A stretch of DNA of 64,000 nt from Eledone cirrhosa. Taxonomy: Eukaryota. The stretch covers positions 115,506,001 to 115,570,000 of the forward strand of contig OZ024741.1 in NCBI GenBank assembly GCA_964016885.1, written 5' to 3'. The position numbers and the translations under genes were made by a program. Below the pieces are notes generated by a model. The model saw only the letters and a program-made list of their open reading frames with translations, made no database searches and was not told where the DNA came from. This document shows positions 44,051 through 59,060 of the stretch, in pieces. Each line of letters starts with the position of its first letter. The first letter of the stretch is position 1.

Positions 44051-47000
44051 ACATTTGTCATAGAATATAGATATAACTCTGTTTGAAAGATGTTCTTGAG
44101 ATGGGGGTTACATATGTCATAGAATATAGATATAACTCAGATTGAAAGATGTTCTTGAGGTGGGGTTACATTTGTCATAGAATATAGATATAACTCTGAT
44201 TGAAAGATGTTCTTGAGGTGGGGGTTACATTTGTCATAGAATATAGATATAACACTGATTGAAAGATTTTGTTGAGGTAGGGGTTACATTTGTCATAGAA
44301 TATAGATATAACTATGATTGAAAGATGTTCTTGAGGTAGGGGTTACGTTTGTCATAGAATATAGATATAACGCTGATTGAAAGATGTTCTTGAAGTAGGG
44401 GTTACATTTGTTATAGAATATAGATATAACTCTGAATGCAAGATATTCTTAGGTAGGGGTTACATTTGTCATAGAATATAGATATAACACTGATTGAAAG
44501 ATTTTGTTGAGGTAGGGGTTACATTTTTCATAGAATATAGATATAACTATGATTGAAAGATATTCTTGAGGTAGGGTTACATTTGTCATAGAATATAGAT
44601 ATAACGCTGATTGAAAGATTATCCTGAAGTAGGGGTTACATTTGTCATAGGATATAGATATAACTCTGATTGAAAGATGTTCTTGAGGTGGGGGTTATAT
44701 TTGTCATAGAATATAGATATAACTCTGATTGAAAGATGTTCTTGAGATGGGGGTTACATTTGTCATAGAATATAGATATATCTCTGATTGAAAGATGTTC
44801 TTGAGATGGGGGTTACATTTGTCATAGAATATAGATATAACTCTGATTGAAAGATGTTCTTGAGGTGGGGGTTATATTTGTCATAGAATATAGATATAAC
44901 TCTGATTGAAAGATGTTCTTGAGATGGGGGTTACATTTGTCATAGAATATAGATATATCTCTGATTGAAAGATGTTCTTGATCTGGAGGTTACATTTGTC
45001 ATAGAATATAGATATAACACTGATAGAAAGATGTTCTTGAGGTGGGGGTTACATTTGTCATAGAATATAGATATAACTCTGATTGAAAGATGTTCTTGAG
45101 ATGGGGGTTACATTTGTCATAGAATATAGATATATCTCTGATTGAAAGATGTTCTTGATCTGGAGGTTACATTTGTCATAGAATATAGATATAACTCTGA
45201 TAGAAAGATGTTCTTGAGGTGGGGGTCACATTTGTCATAGAATATAGATATAACCCTGATTGAAAGATGTTCTGGAGGTGGGGTTACATTTGTCATAGAA
45301 TATAGATATAACTCAGATTACAAGATTATCTTGAGGTAGGGGTTACATTTGTTATAGAATATAGATATAACCCTGATTGAAAGATGTTCTTGAGGTGGGG
45401 GTTACATTTGTAATAGAATATAGATATAACTCTGATAGAAAGATGTTCTTGAGGTGGTGGTTACATTTGTCATAGAATATAGATATAACTCTGATTGAAA
45501 GATGTTCTTGAGGTGGAGGTTACATTTGTCATAGAATATAGATATAACTCTGATTGAAAGATGTTCTTGTGGTGGGGGTTACATTTGTCATAGAATATAG
45601 ATATAACTCTGATTGAAAGATGTTCTTGAGGTGGGGGTTACATTTGTCATAGAATATAGATATAACTCTGATTGAAAGATGTTCATGACGTGGGGGTTAC
45701 ATTTGTCATAGAATATAGATATAACTCTGATTGAAAGATGTTCTTGAGGTGGAGGTTACATTTGTCATAGAATATAGATATAACCCAGAATGAAAGATGT
45801 TCTTGAGATGGGGGTTACATTTGTCATAGAATATAGATATAACTCTGATTGAAAGATGTTCTTGAGGTGGAGGTTACATTTGTCATAGAATATAGATATA
45901 ACCCAGAATGAAAGATGTTCTTGAGGTGGGGGTTACATTTGTCATAGAATATAGATATAACTCTGATTGAAAGATGTTCTTGAGGTGGGGGTTACATTTG
46001 TCATAGAATATAGATATAACTCTGATTGAAAGATGTTCTTGAGGTGGAGGTTACATTTGTCATAGAATATAGATATAACCCAGAATGAAAGATGTACTTG
46101 AGGTGGGGGTTACATTTGTCATAGAATATAGATATAACTCTGACTGAAAGATATTATTGAGGTAGGGGTTACAATTGTCATAGAATATAGATATAACTCT
46201 GATCGAAAGAAATACTTGAGGTGGGGGTTACATTTGTCATAGAATAGAGATATAACACTGATTGAAAGATGATCTGGAGGTAGGGTTACATTTGTCATAG
46301 AATATAGATATAACTCTGTTTGAAAGATGTTCTTGAGATGGGGGTTACATATGTCATAGAATATAGATATAACTCAGATTGAAAGATGTTCTTGAGGTGG
46401 GGTTACATTTGTCATAGAATATAGATATAACTTTGATTGAAAGATGTTCTTGAGGTGGGGGTTACATTTGTCATAGAATATAGATATAACACTGATTGAA
46501 AGATTTTGTTGAGGTAGGGGTTACATTTGTCATAGAATATAGATATAACTATGATTGAAAGATGTTCTTGAGGTAGGGGTTACATTTGTCATAGAATATA
46601 GATATAACGCTGATTGAAAGATGTTCTTGAAGTAGGGGTTACATTTGTCATAGAATATAGATATAACTCAGAATACAAGATTATCTTGAGGTAGGGGTTA
46701 CATTTGTTATAGAATATAGATATAACCCTGATTGAAAGATGTTCTTGAGGTGGGGGTTACATTTGTAATAGAATATAGATATAACTCTGATAGAAAGATG
46801 TTCTTGAGGTGGTGGTTACATTTGTCATAGAATATAGATATAACTCTGATTGGAAGATATTATTGAGGTAGGGGTTACAATTGTCATAGAATATAGATAT
46901 AACTCTGATCGAAAGAAATACTTGAGGAGGAGGTTACATTTGTCATAGAATAGAGATATAACACTGATTGAAAGATGATCTGGAGCTAGGGTTACATTTG

Positions 47001-50000
47001 TCATAGAATATAGATATAACTCTGTTTGAAAGATGTTCTTGAGATGGGGGTTACATATGTCATAGAATATAGATATAACTCAGATTGAAAGATGTTCTTG
47101 AGGTGGGGTTACATTTGTCATAGAATATAGATATAACTCTGATTGAAAGATGTTCTTGAGGTGGGGTTACATTTGTCATAGAATATAGATATAACACTGA
47201 TTGAAAGATTTTGTTGAGGTAGGGGTTACATTTGTCATAGAATATAGATATAACTATGATTGAAAGATGTTCTTGAGGTAGGGGTTACATTTGTCATAGA
47301 ATATAGATATAACGCTGATTGAAAGATGTTCTTGAAGTAGGGGTTACATTTGTTATAGAATATAGATATAACTCTGAATGCAAGATATTCTTAGGTAGGG
47401 GTTACATTTGTCATAGAATATAGATATAACACTGATTGAAAGATTTTGTTGAGGTAGGGGTTACATTTTTCATAGAATATAGATATAACTATGATTGAAA
47501 GATATTCTTGAGGTAGGGTTACATTTGTCATAGAATATAGATATAACGCTGATTGAAAGATTATCCTGAAGTAGGGGTTACATTTGTCATAGGATATAGA
47601 TATAACTCTGATTGAAAGATGTTCTTGAGATGGGGGTTACATTTGTCATAGAATATAGATATAACTCTGATTGAAAGATGTTCTTGAGGTGGGGGTTATA
47701 TTTGTCATAGAATATAGATATAACTCTGATAGAAAGATGTTCTTGAGGTGGGGGTCACATTTGTCATAGAATATAGATATAACCCTGATTGAAAGATGTT
47801 CTGGAGGTGGGGTTACATTTGTCATAGAATATAGATATAACTCAGAATACAAGATTATCTTGAGGTAGGGGTTACATTTGTTATAGAATATAGATATAAC
47901 CCTGATTGAAAGATGTTCTTGAGGTGGGGGTTACATTTGTAATAGAATATAGATATAACTCTGATAGAAAGATGTTCTTGAGGTGGGGGTTACATTTGTC
48001 ATAGAATATAGATATAACTCTGATTGAAAGATGTTCTTGAGGTGGAGGTTACATTTGTCATAGAATATAGATATAACTCTGATTGAAAGATGTTCTTGAG
48101 GTGGGGGTTACATTTGTCATAGAATATAGATATAACTCTGATTGAAAGATGTTCTTGAGGTGGGGGTTACATTTGTCATAGAATATAGATATAACTCTGA
48201 TTGAAAGATGTTCTTGACGTGGGGGTTACATTTGTCATAGAATATAGATATAACTCTGATTGAAAGATGTTCTTGAGGTGGAGGTTACATTTGTCATAGA
48301 ATATAGATATAACCCAGAATGAAAGATGTTCTTGAGATGGGGGTTACATTTGTCATAGAATATAGATATAACTCTGATTGAAAGATGTTCTTGAGGTGGA
48401 GGTTACATTTGTCATAGAATATAGATATAACCCAGAATGAAAGATGTTCTTGAGGTGGGGGTTACATTTGTCATAGAATATAGATATAACTCTGATTGAA
48501 AGATGTTCTTGAGGTGGGGGTTACATTTGTCATAGAATATAGATATAACTCTGATTGAAAGATGTTCTTGAGGTGGAGGTTACATTTGTCATAGAATATA
48601 GATATAACCCAGAATGAAAGATGTACTTGAGGTGGGGGTTACATTTGTCATAGAATATAGATATAACTCTGACTGAAAGATATTATTGAGGTAGGGGTTA
48701 CAATTGTCATAGAATATAGATATAACTCTGATCGAAAGAAATACTTGAGGTGGGGGTTACATTTGTCATAGAATAGAGATATAACACTGATTGAAAGATG
48801 ATCTGGAGGTAGGGTTACATTTGTCATAGAATATAGATATAACTCTGTTTGAAAGATGTTCTTGAGATGGGGGTTACATATGTCATAGAATATAGATATA
48901 ACTCAGATTGAAAGATGTTCTTGAGGTGGGGTTACATTTGTCATAGAATATAGATATAACTTTGATTGAAAGATGTTCTTGAGGTGGGGGTTACATTTGT
49001 CATAGAATATAGATATAACACTGATTGAAAGATTTTGTTGAGGTAGGGGTTACATTTGTCATAGAATATAGATATAACTATGATTGAAAGATGTTCTTGA
49101 GGTAGGGGTTACATTTGTAATAGAATATAGATATAACGCTGATTGAAAGATGTTCTTGAAGTAGGGGTTACATTTGTCATAGAATATAGATATAACTCAG
49201 AATACAAGATTATCTTGAGGTAGGGGTTACATTTGTTATAGAATATAGATATAACACTGATTGAAAGATGTTCTTGAGGTGGGGGTTACATTTGTAATAG
49301 AATATAGATATAACTCTGATAGAAAGATGTTCTTGAGGTGGGGGTTACATTTGTCATAGAATATAGATAAAACTCTGATTGGAAGATGTTCTTGAGGTGG
49401 AGGTTACATTTGTCATAGAATATAGATATAAATCTGATTGAAAGATGTTCTTGAGGTGGGGGTTACATTTGTCATAGAATATAGATATAACCCAGAATGA
49501 AAGATGTTCTTGAGATGGGGGTTACATTTGTCATAGAATATAGATATAACTCTGATTGAAAGATGTTCTTGAGGTGGAGGTTACATTTGTCATAGAATAT
49601 AGATATAACCCAGAATGAAAGATGTTCTTGAGGTGGGGGTTACATTTGTCATAGAATATAGATATAACTCTGATTGAAAGATGTTCTTGAGGTGGGGGTT
49701 ACATTTGTCATAGAATATAGATATAACTCTGATTGAAAGATGTTCTTGAGGTGGAGGTTACATTTGTCATAGAATATAGATATAACCCAGAATGAAAGAT
49801 GTACTTGAGGTGGGGGTTACATTTGTCATAGAATATAGATATAACTCTGACTGAAAGATATTATTGAGGTAGGGGTTACAATTGTCATAGAATATAGATA
49901 TAACTCTGATCGAAAGAAATACTTGAGGTGGGGGTTACATTTGTCATAGAATAGAGATATAACACTGATTGAAAGATGATCTGGAGGTAGGGTTACATTT

Positions 50001-53000
50001 GTCATAGAATATAGATATAACTCTGTTTGAAAGATGTTCTTGAGATGGGGGTTACATATGTCATAGAATATAGATATAACTCAGATTGAAAGATGTTCTT
50101 GAGGTGGGGTTACATTTGTCATAGAATATAGATATAACTTTGATTGAAAGATGTTCTTGAGGTGGGGGTTACATTTGTCATAGAATATAGATATAACACT
50201 GATTGAAAGATTTTGTTGAGGTAGGGGTTACATTTGTCATAGAATATAGATATAACTATGATTGAAAGATGTTCTTGAGGTAGGGGTTACATTTGTCATA
50301 GAATATAGATATAACGCTGATTGAAAGATGTTCTTGAAGTAGGGGTTACATTTGTCATAGAATATAGATATAACTCAGAATACAAGATTATCTTGAGGTA
50401 GGGGTTACATTTGTTATAGAATATAGATATAACCCTGATTGAAAGATGTTCTTGAGGTGGGGGTTACATTTGTAATAGAATATAGATATAACTCTGATAG
50501 AAAGATGTTCTTGAGGTGGTGGTTACATTTGTCATAGAATATAGATATAACTCTGATTGGAAGATATTATTGAGGTAGGGGTTACAATTGTCATAGAATA
50601 TAGATATAACTCTGATCGAAAGAAATACTTGAGGAGGAGGTTACATTTGTCATAGAATAGAGATATAACACTGATTGAAAGATGATCTGGAGCTAGGGTT
50701 ACATTTGTCATAGAATATAGATATAACTCTGTTTGAAAGATGTTCTTGAGATGGGGGTTACATATGTCATAGAATATAGATATAACTCAGATTGAAAGAT
50801 GTTCTTGAGGTGGGGTTACATTTGTCATAGAATATAGATATAACTCTGATTGAAAGATGTTCTTGAGGTGGGGTTACATTTGTCATAGAATATAGATATA
50901 ACACTGATTGAAAGATTTTGTTGAGGTAGGGGTTACATTTGTCATAGAATATAGATATAACTATGATTGAAAGATGTTCTTGAGGTAGGGGTTACATTTG
51001 TCATAGAATATAGATATAACGCTGATTGAAAGATGTTCTTGAAGTAGGGGTTACATTTGTTATAGAATATAGATATAACTCTGAATGCAAGATATTCTTA
51101 GGTAGGGGTTACATTTGTCATAGAATATAGATATAACACTGATTGAAAGATTTTGTTGAGGTAGGGGTTACATTTTTCATAGAATATAGATATAACTATG
51201 ATTGAAAGATATTCTTGAGGTAGGGTTACATTTGTCATAGAATATAGATATAACGCTGATTGAAAGATTATCCTGAAGTAGGGGTTACATTTGTCATAGG
51301 ATATAGATATAACTCTGATTGAAAGATGTTCTTGAGATGGGGGTTACATTTGTCATAGAATATAGATATAACTCTGATTGAAAGATGTTCTTGAGGTGGG
51401 GGTTATATTTGTCATAGAATATAGATATAACTCTGATTGAAAGATGTTCTTGAGATGGGGGTTACATTTGTCATAGAATATAGATATATCTCTGATTGAA
51501 AGATGTTCTTGATCTGGAGGTTACATTTGTCATAGAATATAGATATAACTCTGATAGAAAGATGTTCTTGAGGTGGGGGTTACATTTGTCATAGAATATA
51601 GATATAACTCTGATTGAAAGATGTTCTTGAGATGGGGGTTACATTTGTCATAGAATATAGATATATCTCTGATTGAAAGATGTTCTTGATCTGGAGGTTA
51701 CATTTGTCATAGAATATAGATATAACTCTGATAGAAAGATGTTCTTGAGGTGGGGGTCACATTTGTCATAGAATATAGATATAACCCTGATTGAAAGATG
51801 TTCTGGAGGTGGGGTTACATTTGTCATAGAATATAGATATAACTCAGAATACAAGATTATCTTGAGGTAGGGGTTACATTTGTTATAGAATATAGATATA
51901 ACCCTGATTGAAAGATGTTCTTGAGGTGGGGGTTACATTTGTAATAGAATATAGATATAACTCTGATAGAAAGATGTTCTTGAGGTGGGGGTTACATTTG
52001 TCATAGAATATAGATATAACTCTGATTGAAAGATGTTCTTGAGGTGGAGGTTACATTTGTCATAGAATATAGATATAACTCTGATTGAAAGATGTTCTTG
52101 AGGTGGGGGTTACATTTGTCATAGAATATAGATATAACTCTGATTGAAAGATGTTCTTGAGGTGGGGGTTACATTTGTCATAGAATATAGATATAACTCT
52201 GATTGAAAGATGTTCTTGACGTGGGGGTTACATTTGTCATAGAATATAGATATAACTCTGATTGAAAGATGTTCTTGAGGTGGAGGTTACATTTGTCATA
52301 GAATATAGATATAACCCAGAATGAAAGATGTTCTTGAGATGGGGGTTACATTTGTCATAGAATATAGATATAACTCTGATTGAAAGATGTTCTTGAGGTG
52401 GAGGTTACATTTGTCATAGAATATAGATATAACCCAGAATGAAAGATGTTCTTGAGGTGGGGGTTACATTTGTCATAGAATATAGATATAACTCTGATTG
52501 AAAGATGTTCTTGAGGTGGGGGTTACATTTGTCATAGAATATAGATATAACTCTGATTGAAAGATGTTCTTGAGGTGGAGGTTACATTTGTCATAGAATA
52601 TAGATATAACCCAGAATGAAAGATGTACTTGAGGTGGGGGTTACATTTGTCATAGAATATAGATATAACTCTGACTGAAAGATATTATTGAGGTAGGGGT
52701 TACAATTGTCATAGAATATAGATATAACTCTGATCGAAAGAAATACTTGAGGTGGGGGTTACATTTGTCATAGAATAGAGATATAACACTGATTGAAAGA
52801 TGATCTGGAGGTAGGGTTACATTTGTCATAGAATATAGATATAACTCTGTTTGAAAGATGTTCTTGAGATGGGGGTTACATATGTCATAGAATATAGATA
52901 TAACTCAGATTGAAAGATGTTCTTGAGGTGGGGTTACATTTGTCATAGAATATAGATATAACTTTGATTGAAAGATGTTCTTGAGGTGGGGGTTACATTT

Positions 53001-53469
53001 GTCATAGAATATAGATATAACACTGATTGAAAGATTTTGTTGAGGTAGGGGTTACATTTGTCATAGAATATAGATATAACTATGATTGAAAGATGTTCTT
53101 GAGGTAGGGGTTACATTTGTCATAGAATATAGATATAACGCTGATTGAAAGATGTTCTTGAAGTAGGGGTTACATTTGTCATAGAATATAGATATAACTC
53201 AGAATACAAGATTATCTTGAGGTAGGGGTTACATTTGTTATAGAATATAGATATAACACTGATTGAAAGATGTTCTTGAGGTGGGGGTTACATTTGTAAT
53301 AGAATATAGATATAACTCTGATAGAAAGATGTTCTTGAGGTGGGGGTTACATTTGTCATAGAATATAGATAAAACTCTGATTGGAAGATGTTCTTGAGGT
53401 GGAGGTTACATTTGTCATAGAATATAGATATAAATCTGATTGAAAGATGTTCTTGAGGTGGGGGTTACA

Positions 53470-55360
53470 TTTGTCATAGAATATAGATATAACTCTGATT
53501 GAAAGATGTTCTTGAGGTGGGGGTTACATTTGTCAGAGAATATAGATATAACTCTGATTGAAAGATGTTCTTGAGGTGGGGGTTACATTTGTCATAGAAT
53601 ATAGATATAACTCTGATTGAAAGATGTTCTTGACGTGGGGGTTACATTTGTCATAGAATATAGATATAACTCTGATTGAAAGATGTTCTTGAGGTGGAGG
53701 TTACATTTGTCATAGAATATAGATATAACCCAGAATGAAAGATGTTCTTGAGATGGGGTTACATTTGTCATAGAATATAGATATAACTCTGATTGAAAGA
53801 TGTTCTTGAGGTGGAGGTTACATTTGTCATAGAATATAGATATAACCCAGAATGAAAGATGTTCTTGAGGTGGGGGTTACATTTGTCATAGAATATAGAT
53901 ATAACTCTGATTGAAAGATGTTCTTGAGGTGGAGGTTACATTTGTCATAGAATATAGATATAACCCAGAATGAAAGATGTACTTGAGGTGGGGGTTACAT
54001 TTGTCATAGAATATAGATATAACTCTGACTGAAAGATATTATTGAGGTAGGGGTTACATTTGTCATAGAATATAGATATAACGCTGATTGAAAGATGTTC
54101 TTGAAGTAGGGGTTACATTTGTCATAGAATATAGATATAACTCTGAATGCAAGATATTCTTAGGTAGGGGTTACATTTGTCATAGAATATAGATATAACA
54201 CTGATTGAAAGATTTTGTTGAGGTAGGGGTTACATTTTTCATAGAATATAGATATAACTATGATTGAAAGATATTCTTGAGGTAGGGGTTACATTTGTCA
54301 TAGAATATAGATATAACGCTGATTGAAAGATTATCCTGAAGTAGGGGTTACATTTGTCATAGGATATAGATATAACTCTGATTGAAAGATGTTCTTGAGA
54401 TGGGGGTTACATTTGTCATAGAATATAGATATAACTCTGATTGAAAGATGTTCTTGAGGTGGGGGTTACATTTGTCAGAGAATATAGATATAACTCTGAT
54501 TGAAAGATGTTCTTGAGGTGGGGGTTACATTTGTCATAGAATATAGATATAACTCTGATTGAAAGATGTTCTTGACGTGGGGGTTACATTTGTCATAGAA
54601 TATAGATATAACTCTGATTGAAAGATGTTCTTGAGGTGGAGGTTACATTTGTCATAGAATATAGATATAACCCAGAATGAAAGATGTTCTTGAGATGGGG
54701 TTACATTTGTCATAGAATATAGATATAACTCTGATTGAAAGATGTTCTTGAGGTGGAGGTTACATTTGTCATAGAATATAGATATAACCCAGAATGAAAG
54801 ATGTTCTTGAGGTGGGGGTTACATTTGTCATAGAATATAGATATAACTCTGAGTGAAAGATGTTCTTGAGGTGGAGGTTACATTTGTCATAGAATATAGA
54901 TATAACCCAGAATGAAAGATGTACTTGAGGTGGGGGTTACATTTGTCATAGAATATAGATATAACTCTGACTGAAAGATATTATTGAGGTAGGGGTTACA
55001 TTTGTCATAGAATATAGATATAACGCTGATTGAAAGATGTTCTTGAAGTAGGGGTTACATTTGTCATAGAATATAGATATAACTCTGAATGCAAGATATT
55101 CTTAGGTAGGGGTTACATTTGTCATAGAATATAGATATAACACTGATTGAAAGATTTTGTTGAGGTAGGGGTTACATTTTTCATAGAATATAGATATAAC
55201 TATGATTGAAAGATATTCTTGAGGTAGGGGTTACATTTGTCATAGAATATAGATATAACGCTGATTGAAAGATTATCCTGAAGTAGGGGTTACATTTGTC
55301 ATAGGATATAGATATAACTCTGATTGAAAGATGTTCTTGAGATGGGGGTTACATTTGTCA
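53470..55360. repeat. Tandem duplication of a 942-bp (16-monomer) block
   Basis: GTCAGAG (C at 53534/54476) followed in both copies by TTGACGT, GAGATGGGGTT (58-bp monomer), three CCCAGAATG, GAATGCAAG and TTATCCTG in the same order. Confidence 0.85.
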
Positions 55361-57304
55361 TAGAATATAGATATATCTCAGATTGAAAGATGTTCTTGAT
55401 CTGGAGGTTACATTTGTCATAGAATATAGATATAACTCTGATAGAAAGATGTTCCTGAGGTGGGGGTTACATTTGTCATAGAATATAGATATAACTCTGA
55501 TTGAAAGATGTTCTTGAGGTGGGGGTTACATTTGTCATAGAATATAGTTATAACTCTGATTGAAAGATGTTCTTGAGGTGGAGGTTACATTTGTCATAGA
55601 ATATAGATATAACCCAGAATGAAAGATGTTCTTGAGGTGGGGGTTACATTTGTCATAGAATATAGATATAACTCTGACTGAAAGATTTTATTGAGGTAGG
55701 GCTTACAATTGTCATAGAATATAGATATAACTCTGATCGAAAGAAATACTTGAGGTGGGGGTTACATTTGTCATAGAATAGAGATATAACACTGATTGAA
55801 AGATGATCTGGAGGTAGGGTTACATTTGTCATAGAATATAGATATAACTCTGTTTGAAAGATGTTCTTGAGATGGGGGTTACATATGTCATAGAATATAG
55901 ATATAACTCAGATTGAAAGAAGATGTTCTTGAGGTGGGGTTACATTTGTCATAGAATATAGATATAACTCTGATTGAAAGATGTTGTTGAGGTGGGGGTT
56001 ACATTTGTCATAGAATATAGATATAACACTGATTGAAAGATTTTGTTGAGGTAGGGGTTACATTTGTCATAGAATATAGATATAACTATGATTGAAAGAT
56101 GTTCTTGAGGTAGGGGTTACATTTGTCATAGAATATAGATATAACGCTGATTGAAAGATGTTCTTGAAGTAGGGGTTACATTTGTCATAGAATATAGATA
56201 TAACTCTGAATGCAAGATATTCTTAGGTAGGGGTTACATTTGTCATAGAATATAGATATAACTCTGATTGAAAGATGTTGTTGAGGTGGGGGTTACATTT
56301 GTCATAGAATATAGATATAACACTGATTGAAAGATTTTGTTGAGGTAGGGGTTACATTTTTCATAGAATATAGATATAACTATGATTGAAAGATATTCTT
56401 GAGGTAGAGGTTACATTTGTCATAGAATATAGATATAACGCTGATTGAAAGATTATCTTGAAGTAGGGGTTACATTTGTCATAGGATATAGATATAACTC
56501 TGATTGAAAGATGTTCTTGAGATGGGGGTTACATTTGTCATAGAATATAGATATAACTCTGATTGAAAGATGTTCTTGAGGTGGGGGTTATATTTGACAT
56601 AGAATATAGATATAACTCTGATTGAAAGATGTTCTTGAGATGGGGGTTACATTTGTCATAGAATATAGATATATCTCTGATTGAAAGATGTTCTTGATCT
56701 GGAGGTTACATTTGTCATAGAATATAGATATAACTCTGATAGAAAGATGTTCTTGAGGTGGGGGTTACATTTGTCATAGAATATAGATATAACTCTGATT
56801 GAAAGATGTTCTTGAAATGGGGGTTACATTTGTCATAGAATATAGATATATCTCTGATTGAAAGATGTTCTTGATCTGGAGGTTACATTTGTCATAGAAT
56901 ATAGATATAACTCTAATAGAAAGATGTTCTTGAGGTGGGGGTTACATTTGTCATAGAATATAGATATAACCCTGATTGAAAGATGTTCTGGAGGTGGGGT
57001 TACATTTGTCATAGAATATAGATATAACTCAGAATACAAGATTATCTTGAGGTAGGGGTTACATTTGTTATAGAATATAGATATAACCCTGATTGAAAGA
57101 TGTTCTATAGGTGGGGGTTACATTTGTCATAGAATATAGATATAACTCTGATAGAAAGATGTTCTTGAGGTGGGGGTTACATTTGTCATAGAATATAGAT
57201 ATAACTCAGAATACAAGATTATCTTGTGGTAGGGGTTACATTTGTCATAGAATATAGATATATCTCTGATTGAAAGATGTTCTTGATCTGGAGGTTACAT
57301 TTGT
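55345..57304. repeat. Domain-B-type block embedded in domain C; copy of ~28500-30460 (offset 26844 bp)
   Basis: The 3-bp insertion GAAAGAAGAT occurs only at 29071 and 55915. ATCTCAGATT 28531/55375, TTGACATAG, CTTGTGGTAG and ORFs 29989/56833 recur at the same offset. Confidence 0.88.
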
Positions 57305-59060
57305 AATAGAATATAGATATAACTCTGATAGAAAGATGTTCTTGAGGTGGGGGTTACATTTGTCATAGAATATAGATATAACTCTGATTGAAAGATGTTC
57401 TTGAGGTGGAGGTTACATTTGTCATAGAATATAGATATAACTCTGATTGAAAGATGTTCTTGAGGTGGGGGTTACATTTGTCATAGAATATAGATATAAC
57501 TCTGATTGAAAGATGTTCTTGAGGTGGGGGTTACATTTGTCATAGAATATAGATATAACTCTGATTGAAAGATGTTCTTGACGTGGGGGTTACATTTGTC
57601 ATAGAATATAGATATAACTCTGATTGAAAGATGTTCTTGAGGTGGAGGTTACATTTGTCATAGAATATAGATATAACCCAGAATGAAAGATGTTCTTGAG
57701 ATGGGGGTTACATTTGTCATAGAATATAGATATAACTCTGATTGAAAGATGTTCTTGAGGTGGAGGTTACATTTGTCATAGAATATAGATATAACCCAGA
57801 ATGAAAGATGTTCTTGAGGTGGGGGTTACATTTGTCATAGAATATAGATATAACTCTGATTGAAATATGTTCTTGAGGTGGGGGTTACATTTGTCATAGA
57901 ATATAGATATAACTCTGATTGAAAGATGTTCTTGAGGTGGAGGTTACATTTGTCATAGAATATAGATATAACCCAGAATGAAAGATGTACTTGAGGTGGG
58001 GGTTACATTTGTCATAGAATATAGATATAACTCTGACTGAAAGATATTATTGAGGTAGGGGTTACAATTGTCATAGAATATAGATATAACTCTGATCGAA
58101 AGAAATACTTGAGGTGGGGGTTACATTTGTCATAGAATAGAGATATAACACTGATTGAAAGATGATCTGGAGGTAGGGTTACATTTGTCATAGAATATAG
58201 ATATAACTCTGTTTGAAAGATGTTCTTGAGATGGGGGTTACATATGTCATAGAATATAGATATAACTCAGATTGAAAGATGTTCTTGAGGTGGGGTTACA
58301 TTTGTCATAGAATATAGATATAACTTTGATTGAAAGATGTTCTTGAGGTGGGGGTTACATTTGTCATAGAATATAGATATAACACTGATTGAAAGATTTT
58401 GTTGAGGTAGGGGTTACATTTGTCATAGAATATAGATATAACTATGATTGAAAGATGTTCTTGAGGTAGGGGTTACATTTGTAATAGAATATAGATATAA
58501 CGCTGATTGAAAGATGTTCTTGAAGTAGGGGTTACATTTGTCATAGAATATAGATATAACTCAGAATACAAGATTATCTTGAGGTAGGGGTTACATTTGT
58601 TATAGAATATAGATATAACACTGATTGAAAGATGTTCTTGAGGTGGGGGTTACATTTGTAATAGAATATAGATATAACTCTGATAGAAAGATGTTCTTGA
58701 GGTGGGGGTTACATTTGTCATAGAATATAGATAAAACTCTGATTGGAAGATGTTCTTGAGGTGGAGGTTACATTTGTCATAGAATATAGATATAAATCTG
58801 ATTGAAAGATGTTCTTGAGGTGGGGGTTACATTTGTCATAGAATATAGATATAACTCTGATTGAAAGATGTTCTTGAGGTGGGGGTTACATTTGTCAGAG
58901 AATATAGATATAACTCTGATTGAAAGATGTTCTTGAGGTGGGGGTTACATTTGTCATAGAATATAGATATAACTCTGATTGAAAGATGTTCTTGACGTGG
59001 GGGTTACATTTGTCATAGAATATAGATATAACTCTGATTGAAAGATGTTCTTGAGGTGGA

